A DNA stretch of 64,000 nucleotides from Deinococcota bacterium (GTDB lineage Bacteria; Deinococcota; Deinococci; Deinococcales; Thermaceae), in NCBI GenBank assembly GCA_041695225.1, contig JBGFRI010000045.1, forward strand, positions 16,656 through 80,655, in the 5' to 3' direction. This document shows, in pieces, positions 28,283 to 37,729 of this stretch (within the stretch, counting starts at the first letter, position 1; the number at the start of each line of letters is the position of its first letter). The position numbers and the translations under genes were made by a program. The notes below the pieces were generated by a model, which ran no database searches, had not been told where the DNA came from, and worked only from the letters and a program-made list of their open reading frames with translations.

Positions 28283-29800
28283 CTAGCTCAAGCTGAGGGT
28301 ATGGTTTTGGGTGGCGGGTAGCTCGAGCAGGCGCTCCAGTACCAGCTCGCCGTGTTTGAGCAGATACATCAAGAAAGGGTAGGTTCGTTCCTGGGGGGTG
28401 TGGCGGCCCTGCGGGCCAGGTGGAGCAAGGTGGCGTTGCAGGCGGGCAAACTGTGCGCCGATGGTGTTTTCCTGGTGCAGGGCGCTGGACAGGATTTTGC
28501 GCTGAAGGCGTTCAAGCTCGTGCTGAACCCGCACCTGAGCCCGATGGCGGGGGCGGGTGAGGCTGGGGTTGGAAAGCAGGGCCTGAATTTGCTCAAACTC
28601 GGCAGCGATGCGCTTTAGGTGGGTCTGAATGGCCTGCACCTGCGCGTCATGCCGGGCCAGGGCGGCCTTGAACGAACCTTCGGGGTCGGCCTGGAAGGCC
28701 CAGGCCTGAAGCCCGTACTTTTGCAGGATACGCTCGATGGGGGGCTCGAGGATAGTCAGGCCCATCCGGCGGACCACCGCGGGAGGTTCTAGCCCATGCA
28801 GGGCGTATACCCCGCCCAGCTCGGCAACGTATTTGAGTTCGCCCGGCCCTACCACCAGGCCAGCGGTGGGCAGCACAGTATCCTGCAGTACTGGTCTAAG
28901 GCCAGCGGCCGGGGTGATACGGGCCGGGTCATCGGCCAGGATGGCCCGCAACTCGGCGGGAGTATAGCGCCGCACGCCGTCTTCAAAGATGCCGGCGCGG
29001 TAGCGCAGCAAGCGGCGAACCTGATCGGCGCCTTCCAAGAACAGGTTGGTAGCAGCCTGGCCCCGGCCCAGGGAGGCCTCGAGGCCCGCCCGTTTCATGG
29101 CCTGGGCGGTGCGGTTGATGGCCTCGGCGGAGGCCAGAGGGTCGGCGATCTCACGCTCCAAGGCCGGAACAAACAGCGGGGCCAGCTCGGGGGCCATGGG
29201 GTCGAAGAGTACCAGCCCCTGAGGGCCCAGAAATTCCAACATCAGGCGGGCAAAAACCTCGCTATAGCTCCAGTTCCCAAACATAGATTGGCAGATGCGC
29301 CCGCGGATCTGGGGATACCCTGCAAAGGGCTGCATCAGGCTGCAGACCTGGGCAAAGTACGGGCTGAAGGGGATGCGCCCAGCGGGGCGGGCGATGGGTA
29401 GCTGAAGCCTCAGGGCGTGCACCCGCTCCTCGAAGTCCAGAAGTTCAATACTGCAAATTTCATCGGTGTCGTGGTCTTGTGAAGCCACCCAGAACACCGG
29501 CACAACCGGCTGCTGCTCGCTAGTGTGTGTGCGGGCCAGACTGATAGCCGCATGGGCCTTATAGAAGGTGTAAGCAGGCCCTGTCAGCAGTCCCGCCTGC
29601 TGCCCGCTCACCATGGCGCGGCTGGCCGGGTGGGCCAGGCTTTGCGCGGCCTCGAGGCTGGCCTGGGGTGCGCCCAACCGCCTGAGATAGGCTACCAGCC
29701 CAGCGCTTAGGGCTTCACGCCCGGCGGACCTGGGCCTACGCAACAGATCAGGCAGATCTTCAAGGCTATAAGGCAAGAACTGGCGCAGGGCGTTGGGCAT
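28283..29800 (-). CDS. bshC: Bacillithiol biosynthesis protein BshC
   Basis: SGQQAGLLTGPAYTFYKA, PVFWVASQDHD, LRPVLQDTVLPT, GPGELKY, PQER. Confidence 0.93.
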   Translation of the reverse strand: MPNALRQFLPYSLEDLPDLLRRPRSAGREALSAGLVAYLRRLGAPQASLEAAQSLAHPASRAMVSGQQAGLLTGPAYTFYKAHAAISLARTHTSEQQPVVPVFWVASQDHDTDEICSIELLDFEERVHALRLQLPIARPAGRIPFSPYFAQVCSLMQPFAGYPQIRGRICQSMFGNWSYSEVFARLMLEFLGPQGLVLFDPMAPELAPLFVPALEREIADPLASAEAINRTAQAMKRAGLEASLGRGQAATNLFLEGADQVRRLLRYRAGIFEDGVRRYTPAELRAILADDPARITPAAGLRPVLQDTVLPTAGLVVGPGELKYVAELGGVYALHGLEPPAVVRRMGLTILEPPIERILQKYGLQAWAFQADPEGSFKAALARHDAQVQAIQTHLKRIAAEFEQIQALLSNPSLTRPRHRAQVRVQHELERLQRKILSSALHQENTIGAQFARLQRHLAPPGPQGRHTPQERTYPFLMYLLKHGELVLERLLELPATQNHTLSLS

Positions 29801-29888
29801 GACTTAGGGATTCTATAGCCTGGGAGTGGGCCATAGCGTAACTTGTTGCCGCTTTACCGCCGTGGCCTGGGGGTGATTTATGCAAAAC

Positions 29889-30170
29889 GTCTCAGGTCAC
29901 AAGTCGCAAGTCGCACAGAATGTCTCATGTCGCATGTCGCATGTCGCAAGTCAATTGACCTGAGACCTGCGACACTCAATGAGGCGATAGTCAATAGTTG
30001 ATAGCTGATAGTCAATAGCTAATGGTTGTTGACCTGAGACCTGCGACTTGCGACTGACTTTTGTCCTGCGACCTTCGACCTTCGACTTTAGACCTTCGAC
30101 TAACTTCTGACATGGGACCTGCGACCTGAGACCTGTGACCTGCGACATTTTAAAGACCTGAGACCTGCGA
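29889..30170. repeat. Composite heptamer arrays in both orientations
   Basis: gtcgcaa/gtcgcat run, ctgagac/ctgcgac runs, atagtca/atagctg run, cttcgac run. Confidence 0.88.
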
Positions 30171-30183
30171 CATTTTTACGGCG

Positions 30184-30825
30184 CTACAACGATACCCGTC
30201 TGAGCAGATCGGGCTGAAGGATCAGGATGCGCCGATAACCCAGCTCAATGGCATCGTCCATGGCCAGTTCTCCCAGTACTTTGGTGATGGTCTCGCGGGT
30301 AGAGCCGGCCAGGTGAGCTAGGTCCTGGTGGGAGAGAGTTACTTCCGGCCCTTCCTCGCCTTTGCGCATGGCCGAGAGCAGGGCTTTGGCCAACCGCGGC
30401 ATCACTTCCTTGAAACGCAAATCCCGCAGGCGCTCCTCGGCTTTGCGGAGCCGGCGCGAAAGCAGTAGCACAAAAGCGGCCTGGGCCTCGGGGAAGCGGC
30501 TGTTGAGGCGTAACAAATCTTCCCTCGAGGCCGAGAGCAGCTCGCAGTCTACCAGTGGTTCGGCAAACACGCCGTAGCGCTCTGCCGGCAACAGTGCCCC
30601 TTCGCCGAATATTTCCCCGGCCCCTACCACGGTCAGGGTTATTTCTTCCTCTTGTGGGCCAAGCTGAAACAATCGCACCCAGCCATCCATTACGAAATAC
30701 AGGGTCCTGGCCTCGTCTTCGGGATAGCAGACATAGCTGTTTCGCCGGGCAGTGAAGCTACGAAATACCCGCTCGGATTCGGCACGGGCTTCGGGGGGAA
30801 GGGAGGCGATGAACTCTGGGGTCAT
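30184..30825 (-). CDS. Crp/Fnr-family transcriptional regulator
   Basis: LYFVMDGWVRL, GEIFGE, HTH LSHQDLAHLAGSTRETITK. Confidence 0.93.
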   Translation of the reverse strand: MTPEFIASLPPEARAESERVFRSFTARRNSYVCYPEDEARTLYFVMDGWVRLFQLGPQEEEITLTVVGAGEIFGEGALLPAERYGVFAEPLVDCELLSASREDLLRLNSRFPEAQAAFVLLLSRRLRKAEERLRDLRFKEVMPRLAKALLSAMRKGEEGPEVTLSHQDLAHLAGSTRETITKVLGELAMDDAIELGYRRILILQPDLLRRVSL

Positions 30826-31009
30826 GTTGATAATTTAGCGCCTCAAGATGGGAAACATTTTGGGTTGGCAACCAAATTGTAAGAAATACAGCTATTGGGG
30901 CTCGAGGCCAGCAGGCCAGATAAAACAAGAAAACCCATGTCAGACAAATATTACCCTATCCGAACTATTCCCAGCGTTAGCCCATACTGAGCCGCAGGCT
31001 AAACCGGGT

Positions 31010-31828
31010 TCAAGCAAAGTTGGGCAGCTTAGAGGGGGGAATAAGCCCCGCCGCCTCTCCACGTCGGAATAGCTCGGCCACAGAAGCCTCGCCTTCGGAG
31101 CCTATGTCTAGCGAGAACTTGTTGACATAGGTGTGAATATGGGCCCAGATGACCTCATCTGAGAGTTCCTGGGCGTGCTGTTTGATGTAGGCCACCGTCT
31201 CGCCGGGGTGGGCGTAGGCGTACTCCAGGCTGGCTCGCACCGCCCGGTCTATGGCCCCAATGGTATCTGCGCCCAGGTCTCGCCGGGCCAGGATGGCTCC
31301 CAAAGGAAGCGGCAGGCCGGTGAGCTCTTCCCACCACTGGCCCAGGTCCAGCACTCTTTGCAGCCCATGCAGGTGGTAGGTGAAGCGCGACTCGTGAATG
31401 ATGAGGCCTGCATCCACCTCGCCTCGCTGTACCGCCGGCACGACCTGGTCGTAACGCATCTGCACGGGATAAAAACCCGGGCTGTGCAAAGACAACAGCA
31501 GGAAGGCGGTGGTGTTTTTGCCTGGTATGGCAATTTTTTTATTCAGCAGTGTGTCCAGCGGATGCCGGGCCACCACGAGCGGCCCCACTCCACGCCCCAC
31601 CGCCCCCCCCGAGCGCAAGGCCACATACTGCTCGCGCAAGCGCCCATAGGCGGCGTAGCTAATTTTGGTGAGGGGCAGCCTGCCCTGCAAGGCCCAGCGG
31701 TTAAGGGTCTCAACATCTTCCAGCAGCTGGGCAATGGGGAAAGGAGAGACAACTTTGCCGTGGGCGAGCGCATAGAAGATAAAAGTGTCGTTGGGGCAGA
31801 AGGAGTAACCAAGCTGCAAGGGTTTCAT
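31010..31828 (-). CDS. mqnD: 1,4-dihydroxy-6-naphthoate synthase (futalosine pathway)
   Basis: SFCPNDTFIF, DVETLN, GRGVGP, IIHESRFTY, LPLG, HIHTYVN. Confidence 0.95.
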   Translation of the reverse strand: MKPLQLGYSFCPNDTFIFYALAHGKVVSPFPIAQLLEDVETLNRWALQGRLPLTKISYAAYGRLREQYVALRSGGAVGRGVGPLVVARHPLDTLLNKKIAIPGKNTTAFLLLSLHSPGFYPVQMRYDQVVPAVQRGEVDAGLIIHESRFTYHLHGLQRVLDLGQWWEELTGLPLPLGAILARRDLGADTIGAIDRAVRASLEYAYAHPGETVAYIKQHAQELSDEVIWAHIHTYVNKFSLDIGSEGEASVAELFRRGEAAGLIPPSKLPNFA

Positions 31829-31893
31829 GCTACTACCTTACCTCTAGTCGCCTCTAGTCGCTGGCAGCGCAGCAATGACGACAGTACGGGCGC

Positions 31894-32078
31894 GTCATTG
31901 CGACCCGGAGGCGTAGCCGAAGGAGCCTGCCCTGAGCCTGCCGAAGGGGAAGCAATCCAGATCACCCGGCAGCTGATGGGCTTTACGACCCCCTCCTGGA
32001 TAGATTAATCATCCCCATTCTCGGCCACTCCATCACCTAGTCCATTGCTTCGTCGGCCTTTGGCCTCCTCGCAATGCC
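31894..32078. repeat. Most complete REPIN/MITE-like element (about 185 bp)
   Basis: Ends GTCATTGCGA and TCGCAATGCC; inner GCAATCCAGATCAC and ATTGCTTCG; contains a nested CCTGAGCCTGCCGAAGGG. Confidence 0.8.
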
Positions 32079-32093
32079 TGTTAGAGCAAAAAG

Positions 32094-32291
32094 TCAAGAG
32101 GTAGCGGAAGTGGGAGTCGAAGAGGATACAGCGAAATCAGGGAAAGCCAGTCTGGGGCCGTAGGGGGTATTGTGTTTGAGAAGGTGAAAGGCGATACGTA
32201 AGAGTTTGCGGGCGATGATAAGCAGGGACTCGACAGAGGGATGTCCTTGCTGGATGAGCTGGTGGTAATAGGCAGCGACCTCGGGGTAAGT
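32094..32291 (-). pseudogene. IS110-family transposase C-terminal remnant
   Basis: Manual translation TYPEVAAYYHQLIQQGHPSVESLLIIARKLLRIAFHLLKHNTPY...*; an in-frame TGA sits just upstream; the end overlaps TTGACT. Confidence 0.7.
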
Positions 32292-32701
32292 TCATGGCTT
32301 ATTCCGAGGTTCCTAGGACCACCAACTCCCTTGAGGGCGGAATGGAATAATCCCTCCAATCCTCGGCCACTCCATCCCCTAATCTATCAACGCCCCGATG
32401 GAGTAGGCTCTTTCATTTCTGGTTATGCTGTGGTCCTGTCCATCAAGCGCCTTTTACACCGCCACTCTGGGCTTAACCCTTATCGTCAGAAACTCGCTAT
32501 CGCCTGGTGGATATTCTTCCGAAATAACCCCTGAGAATATCCTCAATACTTCCTTTGACTCTCAATTGACCCGGTGCCGCCACACAGCGCGCTACGCTTT
32601 CGGGGAGCTTCTCGAGCAAATTTGGCGGTGCGCTAGGCAGATGGCAACGGCAGGGGGGCGAAAATCCTAAAGCTCAACTCCAGGCGCAAACTGCACTGTC
32701 T

Positions 32702-35065
32702 TCAGGGCCTGAGCTCAATCGTCCAGGACCGGCCCCAGTCGGCGGGTCGGGTGCTCAGGGGTATGGTCTGGTTGTCGCGCCAGAGCCACAAAAGATTGTC
32801 GTAGTGGCTGCTAAACACGTCGGAAGACTGTCCCATGGGATAGATAATCCGGCTGTTGTCGAGGTCAGATAGGTCGAAAAGCGTGCGCAGGCTGACCCCG
32901 GAGGTGTGGAGGAAGGTGTCCTGGTTATAGTTGGCTACGTTGACCGTGTGCATCGAGCCAGGGGTAGGAATGGTGCGGTTAAACAGGCCCCCGATCAGCG
33001 GCGTGGATGCCAGAGGGGAATTAAGAGCGGCCTGGTGTAGTCTTTCCCAGCGCCACTGGGCCGGGTCGGGGCCCAGGCGGCGGTTTAGTTCGGCCCCAGC
33101 TCTTTCCAGGGCCTGGGCCATAAACTGGGCGCAGTTCTGGATACCCGCCTGGGCATTTTTGCACCAGCGCCCATCCTCTCGCAGGGTCCTGACAAAGGCG
33201 TAGGGCACCGGCGGGTAGCGCAGCTTTAGTTCATCCTCCAGCATGGTGGAAATCTCGCGGTAATAGAAGGCAAAGGCCGTGGCGCCCACCGAGTCCAGCT
33301 CGGCCCGCAAATCCCACCCCCGCACTGCATCCTGCAGGCGCCGCGCCGCCTCACTCTGGGGTTGCAGGGCCAGCAGGCCGGGCCGCATCTCCCGGGCTAT
33401 TATCGAATAGGTGTCCCCTTGCCAGCGGGCCATGTCCTGAAGGCTGGCCCTGGGCGTGGCCAGAATCAGCTCACGGATGCGCTGGGCGCGGAAAACCTCG
33501 GTGGTGAAGGTAGAGATGTCGGGCCCACCATGTGGCAAGACCCGGTTATTGGCGCTGGATATAAAGCCCTCGCGGGGGTTTTCTACCTGTGGCAGCCGCT
33601 CGAATGGAAGGTATCCTGCCCACTCGTGGCCCTGGCTGGCAGAGGCCGGCAGGCGACCATTCCAGTTTCGCCGGGGAACCCAGCCAGGGGCAAAAAGGCC
33701 GATGTTGCCGTCTAGGTCGGCATAGACAAAGTTTTGCATGGGGGCCACAAAGCTACGCAAGGCCTCGCGGAACTCCGCGGCGTTGCGTGCCCGGTTAATC
33801 CCCAGCCAGGCGTCGAGGGTGACATCCTGCGGGTCAAGGCCAGTCCAGCGCACTGCAACCGCCTGGTTTTCGCCCGCGATGGCCGCGCCAGAGGTTAGGC
33901 CAGGCCGCAAAAATGCCCTGCCCAGGTCGGAAATTACTGGCCCATGATGGCTCTCGCGCACGGTTATGGTGACTGGCTCGGCGCCCCGCACCCGGATTAC
34001 CTCCTGCCGCAGACCTAACGGCATCAGGCCCTGGGGCGTACGGTAAGACTGGCCCTGCAGATCGAGCACAAACAGATCCATCACATCGGGCCGAACGTTG
34101 GTAGCTCCCCAGGCCACCCGATCGTTGCGCCCCAGAAACACGCCTGGAATCCCCGGAATTGTGGCCCCTATGGCGCTATAGCTGGGGCCGCGCAGGTCGG
34201 CGATGTACCACAAGGATGGGTTTTGCAGGCGCAGGTGGGGGTCGTTGGCCAGCATGGGCTTGCCAGTGGTGGTGCGCGCGCCACTCAAAACCCAGTTGTT
34301 CGAGCCCTGATCGGGGCTCTGGGGAGCAAAGCTCAGCCGCTGGGAAAACCCAGCGACCTGTTGCAGCGCTGCCAGCATCTCCTGGGACAATGCAGCCTGA
34401 ATAGGCGGCCCACCGCCCACTGCCCGCTCGTCTGCACTGCGGAAGTCTTCGGGCTGTAGCACCGTGGGCCAGCCCTGCGGATACTCACCCCGCAGATCGT
34501 TGAGGCCTTCTGGCCCAACTGTGCGCAGGATAAAGGTGTTGTCAATTTCATCTTGCCAGACCTGGCCCAGCTCGTAGGACTGGAGCTTGCCCCAGGCCAG
34601 GGTGTGGCTGGGCGTCCAGGGCTCGGGGCTGAAACCCAGCAAAGCAAATGGCAGCGGCAGGCTGCCTTCACGGATGAACTGGTTGACCCCTGCGGCATAG
34701 GCTTCCAGAGCGCGGCGGGTGAACTCGGCGTGGTTGGGCAGTGATGCCTGGGCAGCGCGGTAGAAGCCCCAGGTACGAAAGAAGCGATCTTGATTTAGGG
34801 CCCCGCTCCCCAGAATTTCCGACAGCCGGCCCTGTGCGGCGCGGCGGCCAAGCTCCATCTGGAAAAGGCGATCTCGGGCGTGTACATACCCTTGGGCAAA
34901 AAACACATCCATATCGCTGTCAAGAGCCCGGATATGCGGAATACCCCATTGGTCAAAGGTAATGCTTACTGCCCCCGAAAGCCCCTGTACCTGTCGAACC
35001 TGTGTTGCGGGTACACAAGATACCAGCACCGCTAGCCCCAGGACCACCACCAGAAACCTACCCAT
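32702..35065 (-). CDS. Penicillin acylase / AHL-acylase family Ntn hydrolase, probable lipoprotein
   Basis: LVSC lipobox-like motif, DQWGIPHI, QGYVHARDRLFQM, GSNNW nucleophile, LANDPHL. Confidence 0.93.
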   Translation of the reverse strand: MGRFLVVVLGLAVLVSCVPATQVRQVQGLSGAVSITFDQWGIPHIRALDSDMDVFFAQGYVHARDRLFQMELGRRAAQGRLSEILGSGALNQDRFFRTWGFYRAAQASLPNHAEFTRRALEAYAAGVNQFIREGSLPLPFALLGFSPEPWTPSHTLAWGKLQSYELGQVWQDEIDNTFILRTVGPEGLNDLRGEYPQGWPTVLQPEDFRSADERAVGGGPPIQAALSQEMLAALQQVAGFSQRLSFAPQSPDQGSNNWVLSGARTTTGKPMLANDPHLRLQNPSLWYIADLRGPSYSAIGATIPGIPGVFLGRNDRVAWGATNVRPDVMDLFVLDLQGQSYRTPQGLMPLGLRQEVIRVRGAEPVTITVRESHHGPVISDLGRAFLRPGLTSGAAIAGENQAVAVRWTGLDPQDVTLDAWLGINRARNAAEFREALRSFVAPMQNFVYADLDGNIGLFAPGWVPRRNWNGRLPASASQGHEWAGYLPFERLPQVENPREGFISSANNRVLPHGGPDISTFTTEVFRAQRIRELILATPRASLQDMARWQGDTYSIIAREMRPGLLALQPQSEAARRLQDAVRGWDLRAELDSVGATAFAFYYREISTMLEDELKLRYPPVPYAFVRTLREDGRWCKNAQAGIQNCAQFMAQALERAGAELNRRLGPDPAQWRWERLHQAALNSPLASTPLIGGLFNRTIPTPGSMHTVNVANYNQDTFLHTSGVSLRTLFDLSDLDNSRIIYPMGQSSDVFSSHYDNLLWLWRDNQTIPLSTRPADWGRSWTIELRP

Positions 35066-35127
35066 CCAAAGCCCTCCTGCTTGCCTTTACTCTAAGGGTT
35101 CGGGAGCGGAACATACGGTGCTCTGAC

Positions 35128-36615
35128 TCAAAGGCCCGCCTTGACCACCCCTGCGGCAGTCAAGTGTTGGATTTGCTCTGGGGTGTAGCCCAGTACCCCA
35201 CCCAACACGGCTGCGGTATGTTCGCCCAGCAGAGGGGGATGGGATCGAATCTGCGCGGGGGTGCGGGATAGGTGGGCCAGGGGAGAGCCCACCAGGGGAA
35301 TGCGGCCCAGGGTGGGGTGCGCGATCTCCTGGCGCATTCCTCTGGCCTGGGCCTGGGGCTCGGCAAAGGCCTCGGCCAGGTTGTTGACCGGGGTGACCGG
35401 AACCCCGGCCTGGCTGAAGCGCTCGAGCCAGTAGCGGCGGGGCTTTTGGCGCAGAATGGCCTCGAGCCTGGGCAGCAGCTCGGCCCGCAGACCCACCCGG
35501 CCCGCATTGGTCTGGAAGCGCACGTCCTCCCAGAGCTCGAGGCAGCCGGCCGCCTCACAGAAGCGACGGTACTGCTCGTCGTTGCCAATGGTCAGCATGA
35601 ACCAGCCGTCTGCGGCCTCAAACGCACCATAAGGGACGATCTGCGGGTGGGCGTTCCCCAGCCGTTCGGGCAGCTTCTGGGTGACCAGGTAGCTCTGGGC
35701 CAGGTTGACCATCGCGGCCAGCCCTACGTCGAACAGAGCCAGATCCAGGTGCTGGCCGAGCTCACTTTGCGCCCGTTCGTGCAGCGCTGCCAGAACCGCA
35801 ATGGCCCCGTTCATCCCGGTCATCAGGTCAATCCAGGCCACCGGAACCCGCATGGGCTGCCCCTCTGGCTCCCCCGTGACCGACATGATGCCCACCAGCC
35901 CCTGCACCGCCACATCGTAGCCCGGCTCCTTCGCACGGGGGCCAGTATGCCCGTAGCCGGTGATAGACAGGAAAATGAGCTGGGGGTTCAGCTCCCGTAG
36001 GGTGGCATAATCCAGCCCATAACGCGCCAAGTCGCCGGTCTTGTAGTTCTCCACCAGCACGTCGGCCTGTCGGGCCAGGTCTTGTACAATTTTCTGACCT
36101 CTGGGGTCTTTGAGGTTGACCACCACACTCATTTTTCCCCGGTTGCAGGAGAGGTAGTAAGCACTCTCGCCCTCTGGGCCAGGCTCCCACCCGGCCCCCC
36201 TAGCCCCCGAGGCAGACAGCCTTGGATCCCCTTCGCCTTCTGCCGCCAGGGGAGAAGATATGCCTTGATTGATGGAGCCTGCCCCCTCAACCCCCCAACC
36301 CGATGCAAGCAACCTCCGCTCCGCTTCGCCTTCTCCCGCCAGGGGAGGAGATATGCCTTGATTGGCGGGGCCTGCCCCCTCAACCCCCCAACCCGATGCA
36401 AGCAACCTCCGCTCCGCTTCGCCTTCTCCCACCAGCGGAGAAGGAGGTGGCTGATGTTCTGACACGAAGGGGGGGCCCCAGGTGCGGGTGTCATCGCCCT
36501 TGGGCGGCTCAATTTTCCAGACCTCGGCCCCAAGGTCGGCAAGTATCTGGGTACAGTAGGGCCCAGCCAGAATACGCGAAAGGTCGAGAACCCTGAGACC
36601 TTTTAGGGCAGCCAT
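35128..36615 (-). CDS. CaiB/BaiF family III CoA-transferase with a 96-aa in-frame repeat insertion
   Basis: LDLSRILAGP, DDTRTWGPPF, SCNRGK, DVLVENY, PGYD, PPLLGEHT. Confidence 0.92.
   Translation of the reverse strand: MAALKGLRVLDLSRILAGPYCTQILADLGAEVWKIEPPKGDDTRTWGPPFVSEHQPPPSPLVGEGEAERRLLASGWGVEGAGPANQGISPPLAGEGEAERRLLASGWGVEGAGSINQGISSPLAAEGEGDPRLSASGARGAGWEPGPEGESAYYLSCNRGKMSVVVNLKDPRGQKIVQDLARQADVLVENYKTGDLARYGLDYATLRELNPQLIFLSITGYGHTGPRAKEPGYDVAVQGLVGIMSVTGEPEGQPMRVPVAWIDLMTGMNGAIAVLAALHERAQSELGQHLDLALFDVGLAAMVNLAQSYLVTQKLPERLGNAHPQIVPYGAFEAADGWFMLTIGNDEQYRRFCEAAGCLELWEDVRFQTNAGRVGLRAELLPRLEAILRQKPRRYWLERFSQAGVPVTPVNNLAEAFAEPQAQARGMRQEIAHPTLGRIPLVGSPLAHLSRTPAQIRSHPPLLGEHTAAVLGGVLGYTPEQIQHLTAAGVVKAGL
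36175..36462 (-). repeat. In-frame insertion of about three 93-bp palindromic units
   Basis: TTCGCCTTCT recurs at 36232, 36325 and 36418 (93-bp period); unit encodes SPLxGEGEAERRLLASGWGVEGAGxxNQGIS. Confidence 0.9.
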
Positions 36616-36707
36616 GCTCCAAATACTATCGTGCCCCTGGGCGCTCGGTGGGGCATGCGGTCGGTCTATTTGCTGTTATTGTCGTCTGTCCCGGTACAAT
36701 CGGTGGC

Positions 36708-37712
36708 ATGAAGATTCTTGTTACTGGCGGAGCAGGTTATATTGGCAGCACCGTCGCCAACGCACTTCTCGACACAGGTCATGTGCCAGTACTGCTGGAC
36801 TCTCTGGTGACGGGACAACGGGCCTTCACCCAGGGCAAGGTCTTTTACCAGGGCGACATCGCCGACCGTGGCTTGCTCGAGCGCATCTTCCATGAACACC
36901 CCGAGATCCACAGCACCGTCCACTGTGCGGCCCTGATTGTGGTGCCGGAGTCGGTAGAGCAGCCTTACCGCTACTACCTCGAGAACGTCTGCAAGAGTCT
37001 GGAGTTCTTCAAAAACGTAGAGGAACTGGGCTATCCTAGGGTGGTCTTCAGTTCCTCGGCCTCCATCTACGATGCCGTACCGGGCTTCAAGGTGACAGAA
37101 GCATCGCCGCTCAAACCCAGCTCGCCCTATGCCCGTACCAAATACATGATGGAGATGGTGTTAGAAGACCTGTCCAGAGCCACCACGCTTCGAGGTATTG
37201 CGCTGCGCTACTTCAATCCCATCGGGGCCGACCCCAGGATGCGCTCCGGCATACATGTGCTCGATCCCAGCCATGTGCTGGGAAAGATGGTAGACGTAGC
37301 GCTGGGCAAGCTGCGGGAGTTTGCCATTACCGGGGTGGACTGGCCCACCCGCGACGGCTCGGGCATCCGCGACTATATCCATGTCTGGGACCTGGCCATG
37401 GCCCATGTGAAAGCAGTAGAACAGTTTGACGCGGTTCTGCAAAAAACCGCAAGTTCTTATACGGTAATCAACCTGGGTACTGGCAGTGGCGTTACTGTAA
37501 AAGAGCTGTTAGCAGCTTTTGAACGCGTTTACGGGCAGCGCCTCCCCACACGCGAGGCCCCACCCCGTCCGGGCGATGTGGCGGGGGCCTATGCCAACGC
37601 CGACCGGGCCCTGGAGCTGCTGGGCTGGAAGGCCGAGCATTCGATTGACCAGGGGATTGCGAGTGCGCTCGAGTGGGGCCACAAACGCAAGGAAATTCTC
37701 GGTTATACATAG
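36708..37712 (+). CDS. galE: UDP-glucose 4-epimerase
   Basis: VTGGAGYIGS, FSSSA, YARTK, LRYFN, DGSGIRDYIHV; TACAAT, 7 nt, then ATG. Confidence 0.95.
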   Translation: MKILVTGGAGYIGSTVANALLDTGHVPVLLDSLVTGQRAFTQGKVFYQGDIADRGLLERIFHEHPEIHSTVHCAALIVVPESVEQPYRYYLENVCKSLEFFKNVEELGYPRVVFSSSASIYDAVPGFKVTEASPLKPSSPYARTKYMMEMVLEDLSRATTLRGIALRYFNPIGADPRMRSGIHVLDPSHVLGKMVDVALGKLREFAITGVDWPTRDGSGIRDYIHVWDLAMAHVKAVEQFDAVLQKTASSYTVINLGTGSGVTVKELLAAFERVYGQRLPTREAPPRPGDVAGAYANADRALELLGWKAEHSIDQGIASALEWGHKRKEILGYT

Positions 37713-37729
37713 AAGCTACAATCAAAGCT

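Noticed and set aside
29889..30170. Possible CRISPR array
   Set aside because: Repeats are contiguous degenerate 7-mers without unique spacers, and there are no cas genes.
32300..32670. Possible second transposase fragment
   Set aside because: Translations were not recognisable, so it is left unassigned.
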